DNA of 24,000 nucleotides from Neisseriaceae bacterium HSC-16F19. Lineage in GTDB: Bacteria > Pseudomonadota > Gammaproteobacteria > Burkholderiales > Neisseriaceae. Location of the stretch: assembly GCA_024171525.1 (NCBI GenBank), contig JALJZY010000014.1, one strand, 5' to 3'. The position numbers were made by a program, and so were the translations under genes. Positions 23,509 through 24,000 of the stretch are shown here, one piece after another. The notes under the pieces were generated by a model. It was not told the DNA's origin. It saw only the letters and a program-made list of their open reading frames with translations, and searched no databases. Position 1 is the stretch's first letter; the number at the start of each line of letters is the position of its first letter.

Positions 23509-23586
23509 GTAGGGTGGGCATGCTTGCCCACCATTTTAAATCGCTGATTAAGCAATATGATTGGTGGGCATAAATGCCCACCCTAC
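23509..23586. repeat. REPIN-like doublet, family A
   Basis: GTAGGGTGGGCAtgctTGCCCACC (23509-23532), a 30-nt AT-rich spacer, then GGTGGGCAtaaaTGCCCACCCTAC (23563-23586). Confidence 0.75.
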
Positions 23587-23611
23587 CTGCACGCAGCATA
23601 ACGAAATCCTG

Positions 23612-23636
23612 GTCATCCTGCGCGCAGTCGCAGGAT
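23612..23636 (+). repeat. dRS3-like palindromic repeat
   Basis: GTCATCCTGCGCGCAGTCGCAGGAT, identical to the rc of 10052-10076. Confidence 0.6.
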
Positions 23637-23639
23637 CCG

Positions 23640-23651
23640 TTCAGGCAGCCT
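23640..23651 (-). repeat. DUS 12-mer
   Basis: Perfect TTCAGGCAGCCT, 3 nt after the dRS3-like unit. Confidence 0.8.
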
Positions 23652-23673
23652 TTTCTGATTATTCCATCTCATC

Positions 23674-24000
23674 ATGACCCGTTCCCGTATCAGTCCCACC
23701 TTACTCAAACGCCTGCTGTGGCTGTGGTTCGGCCTGTTCCTGCCGCTGCTGCTGGCCGGGGTGATTGCCGAAGACGTGTGGGACCGGGAACGCTATGCCT
23801 TTGAACAGCCCTTGATGCTGGCGGTGCACCGTTATACCGCCGGTACGCTGTGGGAAGAGGTGGCGCTGGTGTTGCACTGGTTGGGCAAATGGCCGGCGGC
23901 CACGCTGATGGCAGTATTGTTGGCTTGGTATGAAAGCCGCCAGCAGCGGCGGGCGCGGGCGGTGTTTGTGTTGGCGGGGGCGGCGCTCTCCACCGCAATT
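23674..24000 (+). CDS. Membrane protein, 3'-truncated by the window edge; possibly a PAP2-family phosphatase
   Basis: This ORF is not in the track because it has no stop within the window. My translation is MTRSRISPTLLKRLLWLWFGLFLPLLLAGVIAEDVWDRERYAFEQPLMLAVHRYTAGTLWEEVALVLHWLGKWPAATLMAVLLAWYESRQQRRARAVFVLAGAALSTAI. It has host-like GC3. The N-terminal layout (TM, AEDVW, F-D/E-x-PLMLAVH) resembles PAP2 proteins, but the catalytic motifs would lie beyond the window. Confidence 0.5.
   Translation, partial: MTRSRISPTLLKRLLWLWFGLFLPLLLAGVIAEDVWDRERYAFEQPLMLAVHRYTAGTLWEEVALVLHWLGKWPAATLMAVLLAWYESRQQRRARAVFVLAGAALSTAI

Noticed and set aside
23705-23998. 97-aa Pro/Ala-rich minus-strand ORF at the window end
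   Set aside because: It is antisense to a better plus-strand membrane-protein frame that has a host-like GC3 pattern.

Overview
About 60% GC chromosomal segment that looks like a Neisseriaceae genome. The evidence is at least 21 perfect copies of the 12-mer AGGCTGCCTGAA, a DNA-uptake-sequence (DUS) dialect, often in inverted pairs that form terminators, plus a Correia-like MITE and dRS3-like palindromes. I can support 20 protein-coding genes and one leader peptide, nearly all core housekeeping. Plus strand: gyrA (5'-truncated), bfd, psd-hflX, a TerC/CBS/CorC (YoaE-like) membrane protein, asd, dprA-smg-topA, DUF4870-like and DUF4349-like envelope proteins, and the start of a possible PAP2 membrane protein. 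Minus strand: a 98-aa hypothetical, a 235-aa lower-GC orphan, tnaA with a TnaC-type leader peptide, ruvC, a SlyB-like lipoprotein, pyrD, murJ and an APC permease. I saw no rRNA, tRNA, CRISPR array, intact IS or prophage, and no recognisable defence, secretion or biosynthetic cluster, so I cannot honestly point to a multi-gene novel system. The features worth a second look are these. (1) A roughly 2.9-kb islet (7.6-10.5 kb) between the TerC/CBS gene and ruvC carries a tnaC-tnaA attenuator operon without tnaB. Its leader peptide is hidden inside a longer ORF, and the tnaC-tnaA spacer has been colonised by nested repeats. (2) The lower-GC orphan gene sits next to that operon. (3) The intergenic repeat complement is unusually rich: three covarying GTAG-headed REP/REPIN families, dRS3-like palindromes, a Correia-like element abutting the psd ribosome-binding site, an IS-end MITE and a 160-bp palindromic element. 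All homology statements come from reading the translations against remembered reference sequences. No database search was run.
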